From positions 6,184-70,183 of IMG/VR virus record IMGVR_UViG_3300017963_000264: 64,000 nucleotides of DNA; one strand, written 5' to 3'. Positions 18,337 through 26,403 of this stretch are shown piece after piece. Source of the stretch: a virus. Position 1 is the first letter of the stretch. The number at the start of each line of letters is the position of its first letter. The position numbers and the translations under genes are program-made. The notes under the pieces are model-generated. The model had not been told where the DNA came from and did no database searches. It was given only the letters and a program-made list of their open reading frames with translations.

Positions 18337-18963
18337 ATGAACATAGAAGGTTATAAAACAATATTATCTGAAAAAAGAGGGCAGCAAAAACAGCTTTTAA
18401 AAGATTTTGATAATACCACTAAAGATATTAAGCAGTATAAACAAAACGTAAAATACACAGAGCAGGCAAGAGCTATTATACAGCTTGTCGCCCAAGAGAC
18501 ACAGCAGCAATTAGAATTTCATATATCAGAACTTGTTACTTTAGCGCTTGCTGGTGTATTTGAAAGACCCTATGAATTTAAAGTAGAATTTACTCAAAGA
18601 AGAAATCGTACTGAATGTGATATGTATTTTATTAGAAATGGACAACGGGTTGATCCTACTATTGCAAGTGGGGGTGGGCCGCTAAACATAGCTTCTTTTG
18701 CTTTGCAAACCTCTATATGGTCATTAAAGAAAACAAGACCTGTATTATTCCTTGACGAGCCTTTTCGTTTTCTTAGCCGTGGGTTGCAAGATAAAGCAGT
18801 AACAATATTAAAACAGATAAGCGAAAAACTTAATCTTCAAATGCTTATGATTACCCATAGCCCCGATTTAGCAGAAGGAGCAAATAGAAAATTTAATATA
18901 TCTATTGCTGGTGGGATTTCAAAAGTAGAACAAGAAGGAATTAAAAGAAGAAGAAGAAAATAA
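18337..18963 (+). CDS. SbcC/Rad50-like ATPase, C-terminal half
   Basis: Coiled coil, ASGGG signature, Walker B LFLDEPF, MITH H-loop. Confidence 0.85.
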   Translation: MNIEGYKTILSEKRGQQKQLLKDFDNTTKDIKQYKQNVKYTEQARAIIQLVAQETQQQLEFHISELVTLALAGVFERPYEFKVEFTQRRNRTECDMYFIRNGQRVDPTIASGGGPLNIASFALQTSIWSLKKTRPVLFLDEPFRFLSRGLQDKAVTILKQISEKLNLQMLMITHSPDLAEGANRKFNISIAGGISKVEQEGIKRRRRK

Positions 18964-18964
18964 A

Positions 18965-19025
18965 AGCCAGGCCCCATCTAAAAAGGCCAAAAGGAGAAAA
19001 ACACCTTTAAAGACAAAGCCTGGCT
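18965..19025. terminator. Inverted repeat where the two transcription arms converge
   Basis: AGCCAGGC ... GCCTGGCT with inner AAAGG/CCTTT. Confidence 0.4.
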
Positions 19026-19030
19026 AACTG

Positions 19031-19225
19031 TTATTTCCCTCTTACACCTACGTAAAGAGCCAAAGCAGTACTGACACTTGTTATGATTTTCGCTGCTGGC
19101 TCTGATATATCTTGGCATACCATCGCCCCGACAGCTATCCCAATTAAACCAAGCACAGCAATACTTCTATCAATTTTAAATAAAATATATTGCTTAATAG
19201 AAAATTTATTATCGTTTCCTTCCAT
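19031..19225 (-). CDS. Small two-TM membrane protein (holin-like)
   Basis: Two hydrophobic segments, basic C-terminus. Confidence 0.5.
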   Translation of the reverse strand: MEGNDNKFSIKQYILFKIDRSIAVLGLIGIAVGAMVCQDISEPAAKIITSVSTALALYVGVRGK

Positions 19226-19234
19226 TTTATACTC

Positions 19235-20290
19235 CTATGTGATAGAGCTTAAATCAAAATCAGTTCTATCAAATTCACCATGTTTAGGATGAACAAACCA
19301 AGCAGGCTGAGTTGGCAATGCATGTCTTCCTTCGCCATGGTCATAAGCACTTGTGCCTTGTACAGAACCAGATAACCAAAACCAAGGATGAACTAATGGC
19401 GTATGATAATGCCCAGCCACAATTCTATCAAACTTACCGCTATTTGTCATCATACGCTTAATTGATTCTCTGCCTACTTTTCTCTCTAATCCATACCAAG
19501 GGAACCCAGCCCAACCCCTTACCTTATGCCCATGAGTTATAAGATAACGACGCGCGCCAACATTAATTACTTTTTGGAGTTGTGGATATAAATTAAATAC
19601 TACATTTTTATGATCTTTTAACCTTTCTTTTGCAATATACCCAACTAAATAATTGAGAGAATTAAGTCCTGCTTCGCTTGCCTGAGGGATCTTTGTTAGT
19701 CTTGAATGATTGTCTTCACAAATAAATTCAACTGTAACTTTTTCAAAATAAGGGGCTTCTAATGCTATTTGATCAGATAAAAGTATTGCTGCTTCTACTA
19801 CTTGAACTGGTGCAGGAAAAGCATTTGTAATAGAAAGCTCCTTATGAATATCCCCACTAATCATATCTCCTGTTACTATATGGCATAATTCATTGCAAAT
19901 ATAATTTGAACGATGCAACTCTACCCATTCAATCATTTGTTCTGTAAAGAATATAGATCTCTTTCTACATATTTCAGGAGAAAATTTATTAAACCCTTCA
20001 ATTTCATCAGGTTCTTGTATAGCCCCCATATGAGAATCTGAGGATTGACAGACTGCTATAATAGGGTGGCTAACTTTCTTTGTTTTCTTTACAGGAGTAT
20101 ATACAATATCACATTGCTCTCTTATATCAAGATGTTCTGTCACATCAGCAAAAAAGGTCTTTAATTTACCATATTTGCTTTTAAGAGTATTAATGCGCTT
20201 ATTTAAATCTTTGACCCGCTGTCGAAGATCAACTATTTCTTCATCAGGATCAATTTCACTTTTTAATTTATCTATTGTTTCGGTTTTCAT
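19235..20290 (-). CDS. Calcineurin-like metallophosphoesterase with N-terminal coiled coil
   Basis: SDSHMG, GDMISGDIH, DNH, THGH, GHYH. Confidence 0.8.
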   Translation of the reverse strand: MKTETIDKLKSEIDPDEEIVDLRQRVKDLNKRINTLKSKYGKLKTFFADVTEHLDIREQCDIVYTPVKKTKKVSHPIIAVCQSSDSHMGAIQEPDEIEGFNKFSPEICRKRSIFFTEQMIEWVELHRSNYICNELCHIVTGDMISGDIHKELSITNAFPAPVQVVEAAILLSDQIALEAPYFEKVTVEFICEDNHSRLTKIPQASEAGLNSLNYLVGYIAKERLKDHKNVVFNLYPQLQKVINVGARRYLITHGHKVRGWAGFPWYGLERKVGRESIKRMMTNSGKFDRIVAGHYHTPLVHPWFWLSGSVQGTSAYDHGEGRHALPTQPAWFVHPKHGEFDRTDFDLSSIT

Positions 20291-20293
20291 ATT

Positions 20294-20614
20294 TTATAAT
20301 ACTCCATCCCATTGCTTTAAAGCATCAATTGTTTTTTTATTTCCCCATACCAGTTTTCTATTTGGCAGCCGTGCTTTAAAATCATCAAATTGTGAATCAT
20401 TTGCATGGTCTTGCCATCGCTGTTTTGAAATACCAAGATCACGTCTAAAGTTTTCATCATATGCGACTTCATCAGGCGGAAGGCCTGCAATTCCATCTTT
20501 AATAATTTTCTTAGCATCTAATCGTTCTTGTTGAATAAGTGTTTTGACATCTACGGTCTTAATACAACTGTTGATTTTCTTAATCACTTTTTTTGTTGTC
20601 ATTTTGTACCTCAC
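20294..20614 (-). CDS. Hypothetical protein
   Basis: ORF in operon orientation. Confidence 0.5.
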   Translation of the reverse strand: MRYKMTTKKVIKKINSCIKTVDVKTLIQQERLDAKKIIKDGIAGLPPDEVAYDENFRRDLGISKQRWQDHANDSQFDDFKARLPNRKLVWGNKKTIDALKQWDGVL

Positions 20615-20620
20615 AATCTT

Positions 20621-20800
20621 TCATTTTACTTCTTTATATACCTTAGGGTGATCGCAACGTTTTAAATAATCGCAATGATATAAGCATCTATCATCTTTTT
20701 TAGATGTAGCAAGGTATAGCTTACACCCCTTTTGATCTTTTGCTTTATCGTGAGTACAGTGATAAATCTGCCCATCAAATGTAGCACATGTTTCTGACAT
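20621..20800 (-). CDS. Cys/His-rich small protein (59 aa, not in ORF track)
   Basis: Hand-translated MSETCATFDGQIYHCTHD...GCKLY...RCLYHCDYLKRCDHP. Confidence 0.45.
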   Translation of the reverse strand: MSETCATFDGQIYHCTHDKAKDQKGCKLYLATSKKDDRCLYHCDYLKRCDHPKVYKEVK

Positions 20801-20821
20801 TTTAGCAAACCATGAAAGCTG

Positions 20822-21001
20822 TTAAATGTTGATATGGTTGCTCCCAGTCAATTTAATAATTTCGCAATCAGTAACTTGATTCCATTTAAATCTATGTTCT
20901 AATTTTAAAAATAATTTACCATCATCGCAATTTTTTAATTTATCACAATTTTTACAAGTATTGACTATTAAATCCCATGAAGCTTTTCTTCCTGGGCACA
21001 T
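20822..21001 (-). CDS. Cys-containing small protein (59 aa, not in ORF track)
   Basis: Hand-translated MCPGRKASWDLIVNTCKNCDKLKNCDDG... Confidence 0.4.
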   Translation of the reverse strand: MCPGRKASWDLIVNTCKNCDKLKNCDDGKLFLKLEHRFKWNQVTDCEIIKLTGSNHINI

Positions 21002-21008
21002 AGTAAAC

Positions 21009-21566
21009 CTACCCTTCTTTATTTTTTTGAAGTATTTCGATAGGGTTAATTATTATAAATGGTGGATCTTTTGTGTCTTGCCCTTGATCGCCATTATTTT
21101 TACTTTTAACGCCTTTTTTGCCAGTGGCTAAAAACCGGCCACCTTTGCCGGATTGTTTTTGTTTTTCAAATAATTTTTTATGAAGTTCTCTGTCATAAGG
21201 TATTTTATAAGATCGTGGTTGAACGCTTCCGGTATAAGTAAACATTTGGGAGGGCTGAAGCATGTTCATAAGATCTTGTTCAAGTTGCGGTTTTTCGTTT
21301 AGCCAGAACCACATACCGCCTTCATGATTATCATTTGGTTCAATAATCCTAACCGATATTATTTTTGCATTTGCAGGAAGATCTGCTTCTAAGGGCCAAC
21401 CCATTATATTATTCTGAGAGAAATGAATAATAAGTACATAATACACAAGTATAAATATACCAAGACATTTATATACGTAATACCCTTTAGTTGCTATTAT
21501 GCTCCAGCCTAAAAAAATAGCAAGCAAAACATAACCAATAACTATTCCCGTTGAAAAATCAAACAT
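21009..21566 (-). CDS. Membrane protein (2 N-terminal TMs), third gene of the MotA/TolQ-like cassette
   Basis: Hydrophobic N-terminus; GWP and PRSYKIPY motifs; coupled to the upstream gene. Confidence 0.6.
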   Translation of the reverse strand: MFDFSTGIVIGYVLLAIFLGWSIIATKGYYVYKCLGIFILVYYVLIIHFSQNNIMGWPLEADLPANAKIISVRIIEPNDNHEGGMWFWLNEKPQLEQDLMNMLQPSQMFTYTGSVQPRSYKIPYDRELHKKLFEKQKQSGKGGRFLATGKKGVKSKNNGDQGQDTKDPPFIIINPIEILQKNKEG

Positions 21567-22177
21567 TATTCCGATCTCCCTACCGATACAAGCTGTTTAT
21601 AAGTATCATCAAAACCAACAATCTTGCCTGCATTGGTCATTTCAAATCTTGATACAGTAACCTCATCCCATTGATCTTCTAAAATAATGTCCTTCATTAT
21701 TATTGTTTTAACAAATGGATTTAATTTTTCCATTTTTATATTAACAATGGTTGGTGTTTTATTTTGATTTCTTCTATATAAATGGACATTTAAAATCCAC
21801 TCTCCTGGTATAACCCCTCGTATAGTCATAATCTCTTGGTTATATGGATATTTAAGCAAAGTTCCATCTGGCAAATAAATTGTATCATTTGCAGAGCCTA
21901 AATCATCACGGTCAAGATGCATCATAGCTCTTTGCTTATTTCTAAAAAAAGCAACATTTTGTAATGGATCTTGCAGCCATGTATCGACATCATTAGAATC
22001 ATTAAGTGGCCAGGTTACAGTAATTACAAATTCAGCTTTAGTAGTAATTGACTTTGCTTTTTCTTCTTGAATATTAACCATTGCTATAACCCAAAAAACA
22101 AAAAATATTAATAGCATGTTAAAGAGTAAATCAAGAAGAGGGGTAGATTCATCCCTTCTTTTATTTTTTGTATTCAT
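21566..22177 (-). CDS. ExbD/TolR/MotB-like single-TM protein
   Basis: TPLLDLLFNMLLIFFV with the conserved membrane Asp. Confidence 0.65.
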   Translation of the reverse strand: MNTKNKRRDESTPLLDLLFNMLLIFFVFWVIAMVNIQEEKAKSITTKAEFVITVTWPLNDSNDVDTWLQDPLQNVAFFRNKQRAMMHLDRDDLGSANDTIYLPDGTLLKYPYNQEIMTIRGVIPGEWILNVHLYRRNQNKTPTIVNIKMEKLNPFVKTIIMKDIILEDQWDEVTVSRFEMTNAGKIVGFDDTYKQLVSVGRSE

Positions 22178-22595
22178 AATTAAATACCTGAACTTTTAAA
22201 AGTAAACTGCCAGCAAGACCGGCCGCAGTAGTAACAAGAGCGGTGGACATTCCGTGAAACATATCGGAAAAAATACATTTCATTGCTTGCACATCCCCTG
22301 TACTTTCAAAAGGAGATACTTTTAACATCCATATAAAACCAATTACTGTGCCGAACATCCCAAGCATAGGCATTAAACGCGAAAAGAATTTGGCTATACC
22401 AATACCGCCTTTGCCTCTTTTTGTTTTTAATCCAATTAAAGCAGACCCATAAACAAAAAGAGCAAATATAATAAAAGTAATTTTGGTAAAATCAGCCTTG
22501 TAAACATAATCAATGCCACCATTGTATCCAAAGAAAAACAAACCAAGGCCGCATAAACATATTAACAGCCACCATTGTAAAAATCGTCTTTTCAT
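22161..22595 (-). CDS. MotA/TolQ/ExbB proton-channel family protein
   Basis: PMLGMFGTVIGFI and GMSTALVTTAAGL signature helices. Confidence 0.8.
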   Translation of the reverse strand: MKRRFLQWWLLICLCGLGLFFFGYNGGIDYVYKADFTKITFIIFALFVYGSALIGLKTKRGKGGIGIAKFFSRLMPMLGMFGTVIGFIWMLKVSPFESTGDVQAMKCIFSDMFHGMSTALVTTAAGLAGSLLLKVQVFNYEYKK

Positions 22596-22596
22596 C

Positions 22597-22815
22597 TTAT
22601 TTATTCCTTTTTAAAATAAAATAAGCAATATTGCAACATAATGAGATTAATATCCAAATTGACATCTCATAAGAAATACTTCCAAGATCCCCTAATATTA
22701 CTCTTCCTATAGAGTCGCCGGTATTTACAATTGCAAAAGATAAAAATAGAAAACCAATCCAACATAATAAAAAATTTAATATTTTATTCATTTTATCTCC
22801 TTTAACATACCCCAT
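22597..22815 (-). CDS. Small two-TM membrane protein
   Basis: Two hydrophobic helices. Confidence 0.5.
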   Translation of the reverse strand: MGYVKGDKMNKILNFLLCWIGFLFLSFAIVNTGDSIGRVILGDLGSISYEMSIWILISLCCNIAYFILKRNK

Positions 22816-23474
22816 TCAATAGCATCTTGAGTCCAAAAATAGGTAGTGTCTTTCATTTTTTCAGTCCACTGATTTCGCATTAAATTAGAATTTTTACACA
22901 AAATATCAACATATCTATCTGTCAATAATTCAAACATTGCCTTCATACTTTGAACATCACTGAAATCCATTTTTGAAGAAACGCTACTTGAATCATATGA
23001 TAATTCATGAACCATAAAAAGTGTGTTAGGTTCTGCTTGCCTGTTTTCTATTGACAAAAATATCATCATTGCGGCGCTTGCGACAATTCCTGATGCTTGT
23101 AATTCAACTTCATATTTATTCTGAAGAGAAGAAAGCATATCCCCAATAGCAAAGCCGCTTTTTGCTACCCCACCGTAACAATCAAGATAAATAATATATT
23201 TATTTACATCGGGATAATTCTCTCGAATAAGTTGTATATCTGACCATAATTTTATCTCATCACTGCCATCAAGAATTTTAATAATCTGAACATAAACAGT
23301 ATTATTAATTACTTTAGTAATAGACGATAGTTCTGGTTGATCATATGGCACTTCCATTGTTTTTTGAATAACATCTTGTGCATAAGCGTTTGGACAACCC
23401 GCAAATAATACAAGAATCCATCCAAGTAAAAAACCTATAATAAAAGCAATTAAAAATCTATTAAGCCTTTCCAT
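22788..23474 (-). CDS. ClpP-like serine protease with N-terminal signal/TM segment
   Basis: IYLDCYGG, GIVASAA (catalytic Ser), R...PNTLFMVHE (His), DTTYFWTQDAIEWG. Confidence 0.75.
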   Translation of the reverse strand: MERLNRFLIAFIIGFLLGWILVLFAGCPNAYAQDVIQKTMEVPYDQPELSSITKVINNTVYVQIIKILDGSDEIKLWSDIQLIRENYPDVNKYIIYLDCYGGVAKSGFAIGDMLSSLQNKYEVELQASGIVASAAMMIFLSIENRQAEPNTLFMVHELSYDSSSVSSKMDFSDVQSMKAMFELLTDRYVDILCKNSNLMRNQWTEKMKDTTYFWTQDAIEWGMLKEIK

Positions 23475-23486
23475 TTTTTCTCCTTT

Positions 23487-24074
23487 TTAATCCTTTGCAT
23501 AACGGCCATATACCTTATAACCGTCATGATCTTTTAGCCAGCGATTAACTTGGTCTGGCGCTGGTGATTGTAAATTATACCGAGAATCCACCAGTTTCAA
23601 AAAACTACCATAATCAGAGCAGATTCGTGTAAATGGATTATTTATTGTTTTCCCTAATCCTACTAACTGCCCTATGATTGCAATCCAATCATAACGGGTA
23701 GTATAAGCAGGTCTTTTAAGCCACCAATCTATTTTAGCTTTTATTTTATGGCGTTCATAATCATTCCAATTAGGATTATGCCATAACTTTAATTCATGGC
23801 TTTTAAGATACTTCTTAACAGGTACTTCATGATAAATCCAATCCTGGCTTGCAAAGAAGCCTGGTTTATGCATCCACATAAAATGATTGTATCTTGATTT
23901 TCTACGGATATTAATAAGAGTAGCAATCACCGAACGATGATTATATGACAAAACAGCTAAAGGAAGGTGCTTTTGAGGAATATTTAAAATTTGTTCTTTA
24001 GTTAAAAAGCCATTATCATAATTTTTTAATTCCATTTCTCTTGTCCTCTTTGTATTGCAAAAAGGAAGATTCAA
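23487..24074 (-). CDS. Permuted papain-like NlpC/P60 (YiiX/YaeF-like) amidase
   Basis: His first (RYNHF), YDW..IIGQL, C-terminal ICSDY and PDQV. Confidence 0.6.
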   Translation of the reverse strand: MNLPFCNTKRTREMELKNYDNGFLTKEQILNIPQKHLPLAVLSYNHRSVIATLINIRRKSRYNHFMWMHKPGFFASQDWIYHEVPVKKYLKSHELKLWHNPNWNDYERHKIKAKIDWWLKRPAYTTRYDWIAIIGQLVGLGKTINNPFTRICSDYGSFLKLVDSRYNLQSPAPDQVNRWLKDHDGYKVYGRYAKD

Positions 24075-24345
24075 TACTTGAAATTTGTGATTTTAAATTA
24101 CTTACATCCCTTGTAATTAAATCTAATTTATTAAAAACAATATTCTGGCCATTTTTAATTTCATCTATTTTTTTACACATACGATCACTACAAGTTATTC
24201 TCATTTCTTTACAATGCTCTTTAAAATCTTCCTTTTTGACATAATTATTTTTTGTATGATAGCCAAGCACTGCGGTAAAAAAACCAACCACAGACGAAAA
24301 TGCTATCGCGATAATGCTATATAATGTAAAATTTGATTGAGGCAT
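24016..24345 (-). CDS. TM plus coiled-coil protein (holin/lysis-associated type)
   Basis: N-terminal TM, C..MR..C, coiled coil. Confidence 0.5.
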   Translation of the reverse strand: MPQSNFTLYSIIAIAFSSVVGFFTAVLGYHTKNNYVKKEDFKEHCKEMRITCSDRMCKKIDEIKNGQNIVFNKLDLITRDVSNLKSQISSIESSFLQYKEDKRNGIKKL

Positions 24346-24364
24346 ATTTTCTTAATCACCCCTT

Positions 24365-24386
24365 CCTATATATATTATAAGCCTAA
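24365..24386 (-). promoter_or_regulatory. Conserved promoter-like motif (copy 3)
   Basis: Minus strand TTAGGCTTATAATATATATAGG upstream of 24345. Confidence 0.55.
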
Positions 24387-24407
24387 CTGCCACTTTTTTA
24401 AATTTTT

Positions 24408-24743
24408 TTATCTTTCGCCAACATCTTTTACATTATAAACAATATAAAATGTCATTACTTCGCCAGTACTATTCGTCGTAACATCCATTTGCACAGTATA
24501 TTGTTTATTATTAGTCCCGCCGCCTTTTATCCAAGGCTTAACCACTGTATTAGTATTGGTATGCTTTAAAGCATCAAGAACGGTTGCGGTAACATCAGTT
24601 CCTAATTCATCAAAAGCACTATAAGTGACTGAGGCAATTGTATCTGTGCTTAACCAAGCGGATAGATCAAAAGTAGGCTGTACTTCTGCCGTTGATGAAA
24701 GTGTATGCTCAATTCTACCAACTAATTCTACGTATGTACTCAT
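24408..24743 (-). CDS. Probable virion beta-sandwich (fibre-adaptor-like) protein
   Basis: FDLSAWL..DTI, WIKGG....YTV pattern. Confidence 0.5.
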   Translation of the reverse strand: MSTYVELVGRIEHTLSSTAEVQPTFDLSAWLSTDTIASVTYSAFDELGTDVTATVLDALKHTNTNTVVKPWIKGGGTNNKQYTVQMDVTTNSTGEVMTFYIVYNVKDVGER

Positions 24744-25096
24744 AATCTCACCTCTCTATCAGGCGGCGTAATCATTGCTCGACCATTAGGCCATACCCAT
24801 AGCCTATATTTATTTGTTACTATGCAATTTAAATATCTTCTTAATTCAAAACCTTCTCTCATTTTTACAAAACCGCGACCAAAACGCTTTATAAACCGTT
24901 CGCCTTTATCAATATCAATTATGCAATCATGTCGGGGAAGGGCTGAAATTTTAGGAATAAGGGACGCTCTAACTACTTTATCAAGTTCTTTAATATCCTT
25001 CCATTTGCATTCATTTTTTCCATCCGCTGACCATTGTTTGCAAATAGTGCCATCAGATAATTCAAGTTCCCAATAATAAAGATCGTTAATTTTCAT
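24740..25096 (-). CDS. Hypothetical protein
   Basis: Translationally coupled ORF. Confidence 0.5.
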   Translation of the reverse strand: MKINDLYYWELELSDGTICKQWSADGKNECKWKDIKELDKVVRASLIPKISALPRHDCIIDIDKGERFIKRFGRGFVKMREGFELRRYLNCIVTNKYRLWVWPNGRAMITPPDREVRL

Positions 25097-25763
25097 TTTT
25101 TGCCTCTTCTTCTTTTGTCATTTTCAATATTGCCTCATGGTCTTTGCGGTAAATAATTCTTTCTGTCAAATGTCCAACATTTACATTCGGAACACATACA
25201 GTTTCTATCTCTATTATATTACAACGATGAAAAAATGATAAATCCTCTCCTAATGTATTACCGTCTTCCATTTGTATAATATTAAAAGGCCTATCATAAT
25301 ATTCATAAATTTTATCTATCACCTTATAAGGAATAAAAAGAAAAGCACAACCAACCGCAGCACACTTGAAAGGGTAAAAAGGCATGTTTTCTAACTTGCA
25401 ACCTGTAAAAATATACTCTGTTTCCGTTCTATCTTCTGCAAAAGCAACTGGCTGAAATGGTGGCCTACGCATGAAGCAAAGACCACCAGTTAAATAATCA
25501 TCACTGGCAGCTTCACAAACCTTTTTAAAATCATCAGCAGTAAAAATCATATCAGAATCAATAAACATTATATTCATTTCTTCTTCATATGCCTGTTTTA
25601 GTAGTTTATTTCTTTGGCTACTTAAAATAGTACCATTATTATAATTTACATCAACAGTCCATTTATTAGTTATTAGATAATGAATTACTTTTTGAAGGCT
25701 GATTGTAAATTTTGGTGATAAATTTCTATTGACCGGGATACCGATCATTAATCTTTTTTCCAT
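25086..25763 (-). CDS. GT-A (GT2-like) glycosyltransferase, paralog 1
   Basis: IGIP, QRN, FIDSD (DxD), GCAFL, GEDLSFF, VGH. Confidence 0.75.
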   Translation of the reverse strand: MEKRLMIGIPVNRNLSPKFTISLQKVIHYLITNKWTVDVNYNNGTILSSQRNKLLKQAYEEEMNIMFIDSDMIFTADDFKKVCEAASDDYLTGGLCFMRRPPFQPVAFAEDRTETEYIFTGCKLENMPFYPFKCAAVGCAFLFIPYKVIDKIYEYYDRPFNIIQMEDGNTLGEDLSFFHRCNIIEIETVCVPNVNVGHLTERIIYRKDHEAILKMTKEEEAKNEN

Positions 25764-25771
25764 TATAAATA

Positions 25772-25827
25772 TGCTCCCGTATAGTATAGCATTAGTTTAA
25801 AAAGATCTCTTGATATATGTTAAATAA
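25772..25827 (-). promoter_or_regulatory. 56-bp intergenic element, copy 1 (probable promoter plus RBS)
   Basis: 51/56 identical to 43881-43936; minus strand has TGcTATACT extended -10 and CGGGAGCA. Confidence 0.75.
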
Positions 25828-25857
25828 GGCTGCTTATAAGCGATTTTATAAGCAGCC
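25828..25857 (-). terminator. Intrinsic terminator
   Basis: GGCTGCTTATAA / TTATAAGCAGCC stem followed by TTATTT on the minus strand. Confidence 0.7.
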
Positions 25858-25873
25858 CGTTAAACATAATTAA

Positions 25874-26371
25874 TCAAGTTTCATCGTAACTGAAGGTAAG
25901 CGTCTCTGCCGTCAATGTCCCAGGGCTTGCAGTGCTTGCCACGGTCATTTGAAGTCTAAGAATAGACCCCCAATACCCTGTTCCTTCACCTGCGGTCCAA
26001 GTAGCATCCCAAGAATTCATATCAACCGGAGCACCAGATGTTTTAGTAAAAATATCTGTCCCGCTGATATCGGCATCTGTATTTGCAGCAAAATTTTCTT
26101 GTACGTCATACTGAACGCCAACCCCTGTACCAAAACCACTTGTCCCATCGCTATAAGCCTCCAGATTACTAAAGTCAGTATCTGGAGCAGATGAAACATA
26201 ACCTCTTAACTGTTTGGTATACGAATAATCAGTCCCAGCCCCAGGAATTTGAAGCCGGTTAGTAGCATCAACCGTAGTTTCATCTGCTGATTTAAACCGT
26301 ACGGTATCAGATGTTTTATCATCCCCTGTGTCAGTATCCGTATACTCGTGAATTTGAAGTACTCCTGCCAT
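25874..26371 (-). CDS. Probable virion structural protein
   Basis: Thr/Asp/Ser-rich beta protein ending TLTFSYDET; AGGAG RBS. Confidence 0.55.
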   Translation of the reverse strand: MAGVLQIHEYTDTDTGDDKTSDTVRFKSADETTVDATNRLQIPGAGTDYSYTKQLRGYVSSAPDTDFSNLEAYSDGTSGFGTGVGVQYDVQENFAANTDADISGTDIFTKTSGAPVDMNSWDATWTAGEGTGYWGSILRLQMTVASTASPGTLTAETLTFSYDET

Positions 26372-26403
26372 TTTTCTATCTCCTTAAAAGTATCGCTCTT
26401 TTC

